Positions 44,601 to 63,670 of a stretch of DNA of 64,000 nucleotides are shown here, one piece after another; position 1 is the first letter of the stretch, and each line of letters starts with the position of its first letter. The notes beneath the pieces are model-generated. The model was not told where the DNA came from, made no database searches, and worked only from the letters and a program-made list of their open reading frames with translations. The position numbers and the translations under genes are program-made. Origin of the DNA: Macrostomum lignano (Eukaryota). Location of the stretch: assembly GCA_002269645.1 (NCBI GenBank), contig NIVC01000927.1, positions 186,001 to 250,000 on the forward strand, in the 5' to 3' direction.

Positions 44601-47600
44601 AATCCCGAATCCAGAATCCCGAATCCAGAATCCCGAATCCAGAATCCCGAATCCAGAATCCCGAATCCAGAATCCCGAATCCAGAATCCCGAATCCAGAA
44701 TCCCGAATCCAGAATCCCGAATCCAGAATCCCGAATCCAGAATCCCGAATCCAGAATCCCGAATCCAGAATCCCGAATCCAGAATCCCGAATCCAGAATC
44801 CCGAATCCAGAATCCCGAATCCAGAATCCCGAATCCAGAATCCCGAATCCAGAATCCCGAATCCAGAATCCCGAATCCAGAATCCCGAATCCAGAATCCC
44901 GAATCCAGAATCCCGAATCCAGAATCCCGAATCCAGAATCCCGAATCCAGAATCCCGAATCCAGAATCCCGAATCCAGAATCCCGAATCCAGAATCCCGA
45001 ATCCAGAATCCCGAATCCAGAATCCCGAATCCAGAATCCCGAATCCAGAATCCCGAATCCAGAATCCCGAATCCAGAATCCCGAATCCAGAATCCCGAAT
45101 CCAGAATCCCGAATCCAGAATCCCGAATCCCGAATTCAGAATCCCGAGTCCCGAATCCGAAATCCCGAATTCAGAATCCCGAATCCCGAATCTAGAATCC
45201 CAAATTCAGAATCCGGAGTCTAGCATCCAGCATCCAGCATCTCATATTAATAATCTTGAATCACTCACGTCACGATGCCGAAAGCAGAGAAGGCCTCCTT
45301 AAGCTGGTGGGATTCAATCTCAGGCGCCAGGTCGCCCACAAAAATGTGATAGTGGCCTGAAAAGGGTGGCGTGAACAACCGGTCCATTTTAATTCACCTT
45401 TCTCTAATCTCTTATCCTTTGGACAAAAAAACTTTACAATAAAGCTGCTGCCTTGCCCACTTCTGCAGCAACTGCTGGCCACAGCCTCCTTCATCAATAC
45501 CCCCTCATCTTTTGTTAAATTATTCAACAACGCTCATAGATTCTCACTCACTCGCTCACTCATTGCTGCTCAATATTATAAACTCACTCCTAGCCTTGGC
45601 CCCAGCTATTCTTACTTGCAGTGTCCCGCCATCATCTCAAGTCGAGCCCAACCTTTCTCTCCCTCACTCTCCTCTCCGCCTCACCACAATTCCTCTCTCG
45701 CCTGAGTCTTGGCTGCACTCGCGTCTGCAGCAGCCTCTCCGCCTATCCTTGGCTCCCTTTAGAGGGGGTTTTTCAGCGGATTTTCCCTATTTTTATATTC
45801 AACTCGCGTGTCGGCCGCAGTTGAGAATCCAGCTTTGTAGCCTCACGTTATATTCGTTGGCCCAAAAAGTTTAACCACTGAGCAGGATTGATGGCGTTTA
45901 GACCATAGAGTCCAAAGCGGTATGCTGCTGACTGGGTGGTTGCCATGGGGAAATTCATTCGCGAGATTGGAAGTTTCCAGTTTTTTCTTCTCTAGCAAAG
46001 CCCCACTCTCAAGGTCCCGCATAGCCTCAAGTGACCAAGATTGCATAAATGTCATCGAGGGGGTTGTAGGCCAGTGGATAGAGCGTCGGACTCACGACTT
46101 GAAGGTCGGGGGTTCGATACCCGATCCCACTCGGAACAATTTGTGTCCTTGAGCAAGACACTTAACTCTGCATTGCTTCAGCTCAAAAGCTGTAAAATGG
46201 GTGCCAGCATTAGCTGGGGTAATTGAGGGTGTATGGTGACCCCCCCTCCCCCCAGTCCTTGGACTGAACAGCCGTACGCAGCCTTCAGATGCGCCGCGCA
46301 ATAGCTGCGGCTGAGCTGTAGGTTGCACATCTGCCCAATTGGGGCAAGTGTAATTACAATTATTATTACTATTATCGATGTTAAATTAGAATTTTATCTA
46401 AATCTAGTAGTCCAGTCCCACTATCTAAAATAAATCAAAGCACGCGGTCTAGTGGCTGTCTTACTGGTGGTGTCCAGCTTATGATTTTGCGTTGACAGGG
46501 CCAAAGCTGCCGAGGGCAGAGTCACCTGCAGACCCTGGAAGCAAAAGGTGTCGGGTTGGAAACAGTACGATTGAGCCTCAGGTGCGATTCTAATTTGTAT
46601 AAGATACCAGGTAACTTTAGTCATTTTTTTAATGAGATTCTTAGAAACGCATAAGAGTATAACAATAACAATAATAGTAATAATAACAATAATAAGAATA
46701 ATAATAATAATATAGACACAAAAGTCCTTGAAAAGTATGTTAGGAAAAATGGTTCACAAATCTGTGAAAAAGAGGAATTAAAATTATTGTTTTAACGTCT
46801 ATATATTAATCCTGGGTTGCCCAGCAACCCATGGCGTTTCACATTTTGGAATGCAATCGGTTCATGTTTTATTAGAGTCAGGGGGGCTGTGTGCACCGTG
46901 CCGCACTTTAAGCGACATTGTCACACAACCGGCGAGAGGCATTGCTGCCCATTCCACCGACTCCCCTGAGCAGGCACACAAGCGCGCGGATACGTACGCA
47001 GTCATACGTACGCAGGCACTCACTCACACAGGAGTGTACAGCGGCCCTAACTTTATTTATCGTTAGGCATGTACACTTCACTGTGTCTTGGGGGTTGGCC
47101 CTCAATGCCGCTAATTGCACGAGCAGAGCCAGGCCGAGATTCCAATTCAGCCCCAAATTAATGTGACAGCACTTGGAATCGAGCCTGGGCCGCTGGCACA
47201 TCAGAGTGCAGCGCCAGACCACTGGGCTAGCCCCCCCCCCAACACAGGTTTTAAAATCGAAATATGCATGTAAAAAATTTTTCATTATCAAAAAATCGAA
47301 AAAAACTGACGTAATTTAAAGAGCTTACTTTTCTCTTACAAAATAAGATGTCAATCAATGAAATCCAGACAAAGATAAAACAGAATTTCTGCACCAAAAC
47401 TTTTTAAATGTCGATTTTTGCTACGCACTAAAAATCATTCCTGGAAACGGACCCCTGGGCTGGGCACCAAAATTTTGTGGAAGTCACTTCAATGTCCGGC
47501 CCACTCAATTCTTGTGTCTCTTCTCAGCTCTCTTCTCTCTTCTCTCTCCTTTATTCCCTCTTTTTTCCTCTCTCATCTCATCCGTTACCCGTGGCTAATG

Positions 47601-50600
47601 ACAGAGGGAGAGAGAGGGGGTCGCTCTATACGGTAGAAGGATGATTCTGTTGAGGATAAAAAAACGCGGTTTTATGGCGGTGGCTATTCAACAGCCCCCA
47701 GCCGTTGTCAGAAGTTATTAATAAGGGACTGCATGTTAAATCTACATATTATATCAATTCATATATTAAGTTGAAATTGCGTTCCGGACTTACAATGCGC
47801 ATTGGGAGTTGGCTTTGTCATTCCACTCTATCTAATCCACCTATCCCTACACCGACACCCCCTGACAGTTGGGTCCCCCCCCCCTGCTACATGGGGCAGT
47901 TTTGCAGCTGCAGACTGCAGATGCAGTTTTAGTTTCCTAGAAGAAACATGCTGGTAGAGCAAAAACTGTGTGGGTGGAACCCAGACTGCTACTACAGTTT
48001 ATTGCTCCCATCAGGCAAAAATTACCAATGAGCAATTCTGCTTTTTGAGAGGCCGGCACCGATGAGATAAGGAGCAGAGAGAAGAGACACAATGACCCAG
48101 ACACACGACCACGATGAGCAGCAGGTCATGGACACACAGATACCATGAGCCAGACACAGACATCAGTGAAACAGGCTGCCCAGACACAGACATCAGTGAG
48201 ACAGGCTGCCCAGACACACAGACATCAGTGAGACAGGCTGCCCAGACACGCAGACACAATGAGCCAGACACACAGACATAATGAGCCAGACACACAGATA
48301 TAATGAGCCAGACACACAGACATAATGAGCCATACACACAGACATAATGAGCCAGACACACAGACATAATGAGCCAGACACACAGACATACACATATACA
48401 TAATGAGCCAGACACACAGACATAATGAGCCAGACACACAGACATACACACATACATAATGAGCCAGACACACAGACATAATGAGCCAGACACACAGACA
48501 TACACACATACATAATGAGCCAGACACACAGACATAATGAGCCAGACACACAGACATACACACATACATAATGAGCCAGACACAGACATAATGAGCTAGA
48601 CACACAGACACAATGAGCCAGACACACAGACATACACACATACATAATGAGCCAGACACACAGACATAATGAGCTAGACACACAGACACAATGAGCCAGA
48701 CACACAGACACAATGAGCCAGACACACAGACATACACACATACATAATGAGCCAGACACACAGACATAATGAGCCAGACACACAGACATAATGCGGGTGG
48801 GGATGGAACTGCAGGATGACAGGCAACAGGCAAAAATCCATTTTAGATAATAAATTTGATCTTCGATTGAAAAAATACAAGATTAAAATAGAATAAATAA
48901 GCAAACGGATTATTGAGAAAACTTTAATTGGATGTTGCTTGTCACTTGGTTTGGTTAGGCTTTGATATCGTCAATGGAAAATCAATTAAAATGGCTTTCC
49001 AATCCGAAATTGTGTAGCGCAGACGCGTGGATGACAAATATTGCAGGACTTCATGGAAAACAAAGACTACAAAAAGGCAATGAAATCGCAACGAGGCTCT
49101 CCTGAGGTCCCGTTGAATGATTGGAAATTTCAACAAGGAAATAATAATCCAGATCTGACAGTGTTGTGAGAGAAAGATTAAAAAATGAAGGCGAGAAAAA
49201 TGGTTTTTTAAAAAGAGGAATGCATTATAAAGTTTTTATTGGCACCTGATGCACTGATTTTTTTGCGCTGCAAAAATTTCTCGAACACGCTTGGCCCGGT
49301 CGAACATCGGGCAAAATAATTTCCCTAAAGGTGTTTCGATTGAGATTTAGCCGTGTGTGAGCAAAACTGCAACTTGTGCAATCTTTTTGGTGATTAAAAG
49401 CTTTGCTATGGACATGCGGTGCATTGGCAATACACATACGCTATCTTCCCCGATATGTTTCGTATTAAACTTAATGAATAGCAAAAACTCAACTATCGAG
49501 GGCCCCGATATGTTTCGTATTAAACTTAATAAATAGCAAAAACTCAATAGAATTCTCTTGATCCACACGCTGGCCTAATTTGGCATTCGGATGTCGAGAA
49601 GGTCAGAGATTGAGAATATAAATGTTAAAAGAGCCGCAAATTTCTGAGCGAGTCAGTTGAAACCAGGCGCCTGATTGGTTTTTTTTCAAAAGCAAGAAAT
49701 TTGGCAATTGCAATCAATTTTCGAAGCGCATGACAATCTTGAATACCTGAGGGACTTCAGAACTAATAAATTTTTAAAAAAGAAGATTGGGGGCTTGTTT
49801 GTCGCAAAAAAACACACACGAAAAACTCTCTTCAGGTGGCTTAACGGCAATTTTGCTTACTTCCTGGCTCTGCAAGTCCTGAGATAGCCATGCTGCTAAA
49901 AGCTTTGGTCATCAATTATGAAGGCCAGATGGATGGATCGCGCGCTCGTCCGGCCACCAAACCAGCCAGCGGGACCTCCCTGGGGCTTCCCGGGATCTCG
50001 TCAGCCTAAATAGTGGCGCCGCAACCTCCCAACTGTGGTACTTTCTCCCGCCCACTTTCCTGCGATCCTCTTCTCAACACGCGCGCCTCCTCAGCACTGC
50101 TGAATTATTGAGCCGCCTGCATGGGCAACTCCCAGCGCGCCAAGCAGATCCTCTCCATCTCTCGCAGGAGAGACTGTCCTCAAACGCTGTTTCGAGTCCG
50201 TCCATGAGCAGTTCTCTCTCTCTCTCTCACACACTTTTTCGCCCGTTCCGGAAAACTTTTCCGCAATATGAATTTTGGTGTGTGTCAACCCTGCGGCAAT
50301 GTAATTCGATTCTCTCCATCGGTTCGAATTTATGACCACTCGGCTGTGCTCAAACATTAACTCTGGCTGCTCTCTGGCCAGGGCCTAAGAGACACCCTTC
50401 GTGTTGGAGACTCAGGGGCCACGGGAGCGCTGTCCCCCTGCATTGAGATTGGGGGCCCAAATATTGCTCAACCTCAATGTGTGACCCAGCTTGGGGAGGT
50501 CAGGGGGGTCAAAGATCCCCGAGAATGAATAGAAAGCTCTCGTGAGCACGAAAATATCAATAGCATCGAAATCTAGGCTGTGGCGCTAAAATCTAGGCTG

Positions 50601-51914
50601 TGGCGCTAAAATCTAGGCTGTGGCGCTAAAATCTAGGCTGTGGCGCTAAAATCTAGGCTGTGGCGCTAAAATCTAGGCTGTGGCGCTAAAATCTAGGCTG
50701 TGGCGCTAAAATGTAGGCTGTGGCGCTAAAATCTAGGCTGTGGCGCTAAAATCTAGGCTGTGGCGCTAAAATCTAGGCTGTGGCGCTAAAATCTAGGCTG
50801 TGGCGCTAAAATCTAGGCTGTGGCGCTAAAATCTAGGCTGTGGCGCTAAATTGGCGCTAAATCCTCGCGTTTAGAAACTACCATCAGGGGCCGTTGCCCT
50901 TCACTATTCGGCAAAATATGGCGGCCCGGCTGTTTTTATAATTTTGCAAAGAAAAAAAATATTTCAATTGTAAAAGCCAGAATAGAAGAGACAGGCTGAG
51001 TGAATGAATGGGAAGAAACCATGGGGAGGGCAGGGAAGGAGAGTTATAGGAGAATATTGTGCTATAGGGGAGGCAATTTAGCCAAGTGTCCTTTCTGCAG
51101 ACGATAAACTTGATGAAGTTTGGGTCGCTCGGGAGCTCCTGCAGACTCCCAACTCATCCTTGCCTCATCCTTGGCCATCTTCCTATATATATTTTTCTTT
51201 CTACAGCTTTAGGACTCTCCACAGCCCAGCAGGAGCGGCAAGAAGCCAAGAGTCGTCGTTACTTCTGAGTTTGGAAGAGAAATCTTTTCTTGGCTCCTCG
51301 GAGGACCGAAAAGCTCGAGAGAGTTGGCCGCCAAGTTGCTGACAATCAGTGCAAATTTATGGGCCGCAGAAATTCCCATTTGGCCTCTGCGTATCTCTCC
51401 CGCTCTCTTCATCCTTGTCTTCCCATCCGGGAGAAAAATCGGGACCAAACTATAGGGAAAAATATTGAAACTCTCGGCTTTGAGATCTTCGATTGAAATT
51501 CCGCAGGCTGAGGCATGCTTGTGCAGATTGTCAGAAGACTGCCATCATCAAGAGCTTTGAAACCGATTGGACATAAAACATTTTGGAGGCCGTTGGCTAG
51601 ACTCTCAAACTAACCGCAGACACCTCTGCTTAACCAGCGCTTGCCCCCCCGCTCAGATCATTCTCGATGCTCACCTTGTTCAGCGGGACCCCCGTCAGAG
51701 CAGTCTGCAGGCTGGCGGCCGCAGCCGCCGCCGGTCCGCCCGGATATCCGGGATAGCCGGCAAGAGCCGGGCTGGACACCAGGCCGTTGGGCGTCACTCC
51801 GGCCGCGGCTGCTGCAGCGGCGGCGTTGGAAGCCGCAGCGCCGCCCCCGCTGCCCGCTGCCACCGCTGCGGTGTTGTACATATTTGGCGGCACCATCACC
51901 AGTTCGTACAGCAT
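32698..51914 (-). CDS. TIA1: TIA-1/TIAR-like RNA-binding protein with two RRMs, 8 exons, 400 aa
   Basis: complement join(51675..51914,46465..46534,45269..45356,40931..41103,35429..35524,34807..35009,33641..33825,32698..32845), GT-AG and in phase, 1203 nt. RRM2-like HYHIFVGDLAPEI..KPKGYGFV..GSRTIRTNWAVRKPP; RRM3-like NCTVYVGGI..KGYAFVRF..CKCSWGKE. Exons 1-2 are less certain than the RRM exons. Confidence 0.88.
32920..33625. repeat. 59-bp minisatellite (GTCTATGGCCGAGACCCCCACCTGCGCCATTCATGCAGCCCCACGTACCCTGACACACT) in the last TIA1-like intron
   Basis: About 12 units; period confirmed by the 1-nt shift per 60-nt line. Confidence 0.95.
34261..34788. repeat. 25-26-bp minisatellite (TGGCTATCAGTGACTGTGCCAGAGAC)
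   Basis: About 20 units. Confidence 0.95.
35055..35400. repeat. degenerate about 23-bp minisatellite (GGGATCGATCAGGATTGGGTTC-like)
   Basis: Tandem GATCGAT(C/T)AGGATTGGG motifs. Confidence 0.85.
36362..36610. repeat. 46-bp minisatellite (CCACCTCAATGTCCTCATGATCCTCCAGTGTCTGTCACTGCTGCTG), about 5 copies
   Basis: Units start at 36365, 36411 and 36457. Confidence 0.92.
37669..37912 (+). mobile_element. CORE-type SINE, copy 2 (internal deletions in head and tail)
   Basis: B-box GGTTCGATTCC, core TGTGTCATTGAGCAAGACACTCAACTC, shared body, AT-rich tail. Confidence 0.85.
39509..39815 (+). mobile_element. CORE-type SINE, copy 3 (full length)
   Basis: tRNA head, core ending CTGTAAAATGGG, 3' stem-loop, (TAA/ATT)n tail. 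Confidence 0.9.
42378..43555. repeat. about 23-bp minisatellite (AAAGCTACTGTAAAAGGGGCGCC) with variant blocks
   Basis: About 50 units. Confidence 0.95.
44274..45240. repeat. 14-bp tandem repeat (CCAGAATCCCGAAT)n, a dimer of two 7-mers
   Basis: About 60 perfect units, then a degenerate end; explains the NPESRI ORFs. Confidence 0.98.
46059..46375 (+). mobile_element. CORE-type SINE, copy 4 (full length)
   Basis: Same head, core, body and tail as the other copies. Confidence 0.9.
48135..48792. repeat. 22-bp minisatellite (CATAATGAGCCAGACACACAGA) with CATACACACATA inserts
   Basis: Tandem units; explains the VCLAHY ORFs. Confidence 0.93.
50571..50862. repeat. 20-bp minisatellite (AAATCTAGGCTGTGGCGCTA), about 14 copies
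   Basis: Near-perfect tandem. Confidence 0.97.
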
Positions 51915-53325
51915 GTCTGAGCTATTTGATATACGAGACTTGAACTATTTTAAGTGTCAAAGCAAACTGATATTTTCTGTCTGTTTTGTTTCGGTGTCCG
52001 CTGCTGCTGCTGCGTCTTTGGCCGCGCTCCGATTGCTCGGGCTTTAGCTGCTAGAGATGGCGGCGGCTGGCTGCGGCTGCTGCTGGGGTTGCGCGGACTC
52101 TCCCGGCGCGGCGTGAGGTGGTCGGCCTGGGGTTGGTCGCCTTTCATAAAATTTGAATGAGCCCACAATTGCCACGGGGCCTGTCAGTAAGCGCCAGCTC
52201 AGGAGAGGCCCGCCGCCCCTCTTCCCTACCCCCCTGATCTCGCAGCCGCTCCCCTCTTCCACGTCTTCCCGTTCTCTACGCCCCCCTCCTATTGCCGCCT
52301 TGGCCAAAGCGGGGACCCCTTCCCTCTCTTCCTCTCCGCAGAACCTTCTCCCATTCTCCCCCCCCCCTTGAGTAGTTGGGAGATCCCGGTTCCCGGACTC
52401 AGGAACGGGGAGGAAGTTGGGGAGGGGAAGAGAACCTGCCAGGCAGCTATGGACCTTGGGACCTGGTGTTGGTAGAAGGCTCTGGGCGCTTGGAAAAAAC
52501 TGGTGTGTGTGTGTGTGTGTGCGCCCTCTATCATTGGCCCAGAATGTGGGAGAAGTCTCCCCATGGTGGAGCTGGGCGGAGGGGGTTGATGCTGTGCCTG
52601 AGCAGGGAAAGGGGAACAGAGATCGAGGTGGTGGAGGCCCCCGGCTGCTGCTGGAGGTGGCAAAATTGCTCACGGGCTGTGCTCATGGATAAATGAGAGA
52701 GAGAGACTGGGAGAATGCTTTGCAGGGAATATCGGCAGGACTGGGAGTCAGGATTTTGGGGCAGGTTGTGCGAGTAGGGGGTATGTGGGACCAGTTTGCT
52801 GCGGCAGATTGAGGATCAGGAAGGGAAAAGTGTGCTGCTCTGCTCACCCAAGCTCAGGTCATCCCCGAGTTCGGAGGTTTTCAGGCTCACCTGAGTTCTC
52901 CGGGGGTGCCGTGTTTTCGAGTCCGAGACCCCATCTTGGGATATTCTCAGAAAATTCGATACAAATCTCTCTGGTAGGCAGAGCAGGATGGCAGAGGGTT
53001 TTTTGCTATGCAATGTAAAGGATCAAGAATTAAACCTCGATTTAAGTCTTTAGGGCGAGGCGAGTTTAAGGCTGCTTTTTTACTTAACCCCGGACACTGC
53101 TCAAGAAACTGCGGCGGTAATCCTCGGGGATTGCGGTAACTAGGATTTTATTCTCTATAAACCAAGCCAGCTCATCTCTTTCCTACGTTAATATCACCCT
53201 GGAGCACCGCCTCAGAAGCAGATTTTGGACTCGAGCCCAGCTGGTCCGCTGCCCCGGCTGGTAAAATTAACATCTGCTGTGCGTACGTTTTTGAACTGTG
53301 TGCGATGTACTTAAGTCACCAGAAC

Positions 53326-53790
53326 CTGAATGAGGATCTTCACCCGAATCTTAAATGAGGATATTCACCCGAATCTTAAATGAGGATCTTCACCCGAATC
53401 TTAAATAAGGATCTTCACCCGAATCTTAAATGAGGATCTTCACCCGAATCTTAAATGAGGATCTTCACCCGAATCTGAATAGGGATCTTCACCCGAATCT
53501 TACACAAGGATCTTCACCCGAATCTTAAATGAGGATCTTCACCCGAATCTTAAATGAGGATCTTCACCCGAATCTTAAATGAGGATCTTCACCCGAATCT
53601 GAATAGGGATCTTCACCCGAATCCTAATGAGGATCTTCCACCTGAATCTTAAATGAGGATCTTCACCCGAAACTTAAATGAGGATCTTCACTCGAATCTG
53701 AATAGGGATCTTCACCCGAATCTTAAGTGAGAATCTTCACCCGAATCCTAATGAGGATCTTCACCCGAATCTTAATTAGGATCTTAGGAC
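53326..53790. repeat. 25-bp minisatellite (GAGGATCTTCACCCGAATCTTAAAT)
   Basis: About 18 units. Confidence 0.94.
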
Positions 53791-54170
53791 CCAAATTTGA
53801 ATAAGGAACTTCACTTTGAAACGTAATCTCTCCGAATTATTCTATCGAGTCTCGAATAGCGCGGAACAGAACTTTCGATTCGACCATCATGCTCGCGAAT
53901 AATGAATTAGCTTGTAAATATATTTATTTTTATACTTTCTATGTTTTCTACTATTGAGTAGTAAGAATCGGCCTGAGCACATAAACGGTATACCATTAAA
54001 GAATTTTTCTTAGGTGAGTCAAATTGCTCTACACGCTATTTCTTTCCAATGGAAGTGTACACTTCTGCTTTTAGAGCAGATTTGTGTTTGTACATGCGCT
54101 GCTCGGCATGATCTTTTAGAAATAGCAGAAATTTTGTTAAGACGCAAAACTTGCAGCAATTTGATCAGGC

Positions 54171-54242
54171 GGCTCAGTGGTCTAGGGGTATGATTCTCGC
54201 TTTGGGTGCGAGAGGTCCCGGGTTCAAATCCCGGCTGAGCCC
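54171..54242 (+). tRNA. tRNA-Pro (TGG)
   Basis: GGCTCAGTGGTCTAGGGGTATGATTCTCGCTTTGGGTGCGAGAGGTCCCGGGTTCAAATCCCGGCTGAGCCC; intact cloverleaf, anticodon stem CTCGC/GCGAG, downstream TTTT. Confidence 0.97.
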
Positions 54243-54483
54243 ATTCTTTTGCATTTTTCAATAACTGATAGCCCGTGCTTACAGAAAAGCACAATAGATA
54301 GAAATGAGTATGGGAAATTAATTTCTGAATACATGCGACAATGGGCTGTTACTATAGGGTGATTTTCATAACGTGCCAGAACCTATATTGGGGCTTCTGC
54401 TTCCTGCATCACAAATAAAAAAATTTTCGGAAGCCTTTAGCATGTTATGTCAATGTGATTCTAAGCATTCTACAAAAAACTTC

Positions 54484-54557
54484 CGCCCCCGGGTGGGCTC
54501 GAACCACCAACTTTTCGGTTAACAGCCGAACGCGCTAGCCGATTGCGCCACGGAGGC
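54484..54557 (-). tRNA. tRNA-Asn (GTT)
   Basis: Reverse complement GCCTCCGTGGCGCAATCGGCTAGCGCGTTCGGCTGTTAACCGAAAAGTTGGTGGTTCGAGCCCACCCGGGGGCG, followed by a T6 Pol III terminator. Confidence 0.96.
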
Positions 54558-55356
54558 AGCTGCTAGAGGCACCGAAAAAGTGCATTTTTAAAAAGTCTAG
54601 GCCTTAAATTATACCACAATTAACTTAGTTGTTTGTTATGTAACCTAAGTAAACATTTTTAGCAAAGTCAGATCTACTGTCAGCAACAAAATCATGTGCT
54701 GGGGAACTTTTCTCCCAGGGACTGGGGAAGGGTTGGTAAAGAGTCCCAGTCACTGACCAATTATTACCCTGTAATGTAAACCCGCGTGCAAGGGGTCACC
54801 ATAATTTTTACCGGCCTATTTTTAATTTCAGAGGGCCAATGCCAATGCCAACTGGCTACGCCCCTGTGGCCTGCGCATACTTACAGTGTACTATGCACAT
54901 GCATGTATGTATAGTACACGATATGTACACACGTGCCTGTGATGTATAGTAGTTATATAATAGTACTGCAAAGTTGAATAATATTAATCCCTATGCTATT
55001 TAAAATAATATATGATTTTCCAAACTATTCATGTTGAGTTAGAAATTTAGTATGCTACATAAGTTTGCGGAATGGGCGTTCGCGCCTTCCCGCTGTGTCC
55101 CCCCGGGACAGCCCTGCATGCTACATAAGTACGTATAGTCATGGTGTTGCGTTTTATTGATGCAGCTGAAACTGGAAAGGTAACGCGGCCGGGCGATGAA
55201 ACTTTTTTGAGCGTGTGCGTGTGTATGTGCATCCCGTTTTACTAATATAGCCTAAGGCTTAAGCAACAAACAATTATTAAGTACAAGTTCGATGTATAAA
55301 TGCTTATTAATATTCTGTAAATGTTGAAGCCAGAGTCCGTGAGTTTTAAGAAGTTC

Positions 55357-61136
<5,780 letters not shown>

Positions 61137-61859
61137 GTAAGCACTGCCAGGGCCCCACAGGTCGTCAGTTTTGTTGTTGCTGAAGTGTATTGGCAAGAAT
61201 TGTCTGAGAAGAGTTGCGGGACGAGGGAAACTCAATTGGTTCCACTATGTGCGCTTTCTCTCCACTCTCTCCACTACGAGCTACATGTAAACTGCAGCTC
61301 TTCAACTACTAACTGCATAGCCCATTTTCCCTCTACTTGTGCTGTGAGTATTCCAGTGTAGGATGACGGATCTGAGAGCCAACTCCGGGATGGCTGCTAT
61401 GACATTGGTCTGATTTGTTAGGAATGAGTCACACTGCACAATGTCTTCTGGGTCACGCTAATCCCGTTGCTAATCCGGCAGTTTTGAGTAGCGGCAGAGC
61501 TCACCAGATTAACTGTAGAGCACTTTTTAACCAGATTTTTTTACAGTTTCACCATCGCCAGCGATTTTGTGTCCTTGCCAGAGTTAGCGGCGCATTTTGC
61601 CAATGCCTTGCACTCCCCAGCGGAGCTGAGCAAAGGGAGCTGGTTGCCATTGTTCCCTCGGATCTGTTCCGTTCTAGAAAGCTGTCTGCACAAACTAGGG
61701 AAATGCTTTTTTTAGCCGCAGGGGACAAAAGCCTTTTGTTTCCAGTGGGGGGGTTTTGTAACTTTTTCATAGGGTAATATTTTCAAAAAAATGTTTGGTA
61801 CATGGCGCAAATATTCTCGAGTGAGCACGGGCAGAGATGAACTTAATGATGATGTTGAA

Positions 61860-62530
61860 GATGCGGGACATTCGGGATGTTCGGGATGTAGGATATCGGA
61901 ATATTTGGTGTATTGAAAATATTGGAATATCTGGGATATTGGGATATTGGGGTATTTGGGATATTGGGAGTAATTGGGAGATTGAGGATATTTGAGATGT
62001 TTGGAATATTTTTGGTATTTGAGATATTTTGGACATTTGGGACATTTGGGATATTGTGAGGATTGAGGATATTGAAAATATTGGAGATATTTGGCATATT
62101 GGGGACATCGGGGATATTGGAGATATTAGGGATATTTAGGATATTGGGGACATTGGGGATATTGGAGATATTGGCGATATTTGGGATATTGGGATACTGG
62201 GAATATTGAAAATATCAGGGATATTGGGGATATGTGGATGATATTTAGGATATTCGGCATATTTGGGATAAAAGAAAATATCAGGGATATTGGGGATATT
62301 GGGGATAAGGAGGATATTTAGGATATTCGGCATATTTGGGATAAAAGAAAATATCAGGGATATTGGGGATATTTAGGATCGGGATGTTTGGAGTATGGGG
62401 ACATTGAGGATATTGAAAATATTTGGGATGCTGAAAAATGGAAATATTGGGGATATTGGGGATACATACAATGAGAACATTGGAATCTGACGGATATTGG
62501 GATATTTTTTATTTCGGGTATATCGACCAT
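61860..62530. repeat. degenerate GGGATATT-type short tandem repeat
   Basis: About 9-bp motif mosaic. Confidence 0.85.
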
Positions 62531-62924
62531 TTCTTTGGAGTAATGGGATAACAATTTATTAGCAAAGAAAAAAAGATTCGAAATTTTACTCAAAATCATC
62601 GAGAAAGATGACTCTTTTGAGTAGAAAATAAACTTATGTCCGCAAGATCTCTGTACTCCAGGCGTCCAGGAATAGGGACGGACATTTGCTTATCCTATAT
62701 AGGGAGCACCGCTTACGTTTATTACAAAATCCGGTTCTGTTGCGGAGACCCTTGCGGACTGGCAGCTGGCTGATTTCTCCGTTGCTATGGCTGCAATACT
62801 GGCGCCGCCGTGGCTCCGCTTATCAGAGCTTTGCTTTCTGCCTGAATTCGGCTTCACTTTCTCTGTCCATCTTTGTCTGCCTTCTCGCTCTCAATCTCCT
62901 CTGCTCGTGATGCTTATTTCTTAC

Positions 62925-63670
62925 CTCTCCCTCTCATCTCTCCCTTTGCCTCTCATCTCTCCCTTTGCCTCTCATCTCTCCCTTTGCCTCTCATCTCTCC
63001 CTTTGCCTCTCATCTCTCCCTTTGCCTCTCATCTCTCCCTTTTCCTCTCATCTCTCCCTTTGCCTCTCATCTCTCCCTTTGCCTCTCATCTCTCCCTCTC
63101 TCCCTCTCTTCTCCCCCTCTCATCTCATCTCCTCCTCTTCCTCTCCACTCTCCCTCTCATCTCTCCCTCTCTCCCTCTCTTCTCTCCCTCTCATCTCTCC
63201 CTCTCATCTCTCCCTCTCTTCTCTCCCTCTCTCCCTCTCTTCTCTCCCTCTCTTCTCTCCCTCTCTCTCTCCCTCTCTTCTCTCCCTCTCCTCTCCCCCT
63301 CTCCTTCTCATATCTCCCTCTCCCTCTCTCTCTCTCCTTCTCATCTCTGCATATCCTCTCTCCCTCTCTTCTCTTCCTCCCATCCCATCCTCCTCTCTCC
63401 CTCTTATCTCTGCCTCTCCTCTCTCCCTCTCATCTCTCCCTCTCTTCTCTCCCTCTTCCTCCTCCTCTCATTTCCCCTTTGTCTCTCCCCTCCCTATCTT
63501 CTCTCCCTATCACTCTCCCTCTCATCTCTCCCTTTGCCTCTCATCTCTTCCTCTCTTCTCGCCCTCTCCCTCTCTTCTCTTCCGCTCCCTCTCTTGTCTT
63601 CCGCTCCCTTTGATTTTTCCTCTCCTCACTTCTCTTCCTCTTCATTTCTTCCTCTTCTCTCCCCACTCTT
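62925..63670. repeat. CT-rich polypyrimidine repeat (CTCTCATCTCTCCCTTTGC-like, degenerating)
   Basis: Nearly pure C/T strand; explains the Ser/Leu/Pro ORFs. Confidence 0.92.

Noticed and set aside
44161-45302. 344-aa and 351-aa NPESRI ORFs, and a possible heat-shock-element array
   Set aside because: A 14-bp tandem repeat; the GAA units are direct with 7-bp spacing, not the inverted nGAAn arrangement of HSEs.
51630-51674. ORF-track C-terminus VSIENDLSGGASAG* as a stand-alone 94-aa protein
   Set aside because: A consensus donor AAG|GTGAGC at 51674 is in phase with the next TIA1-like exon.
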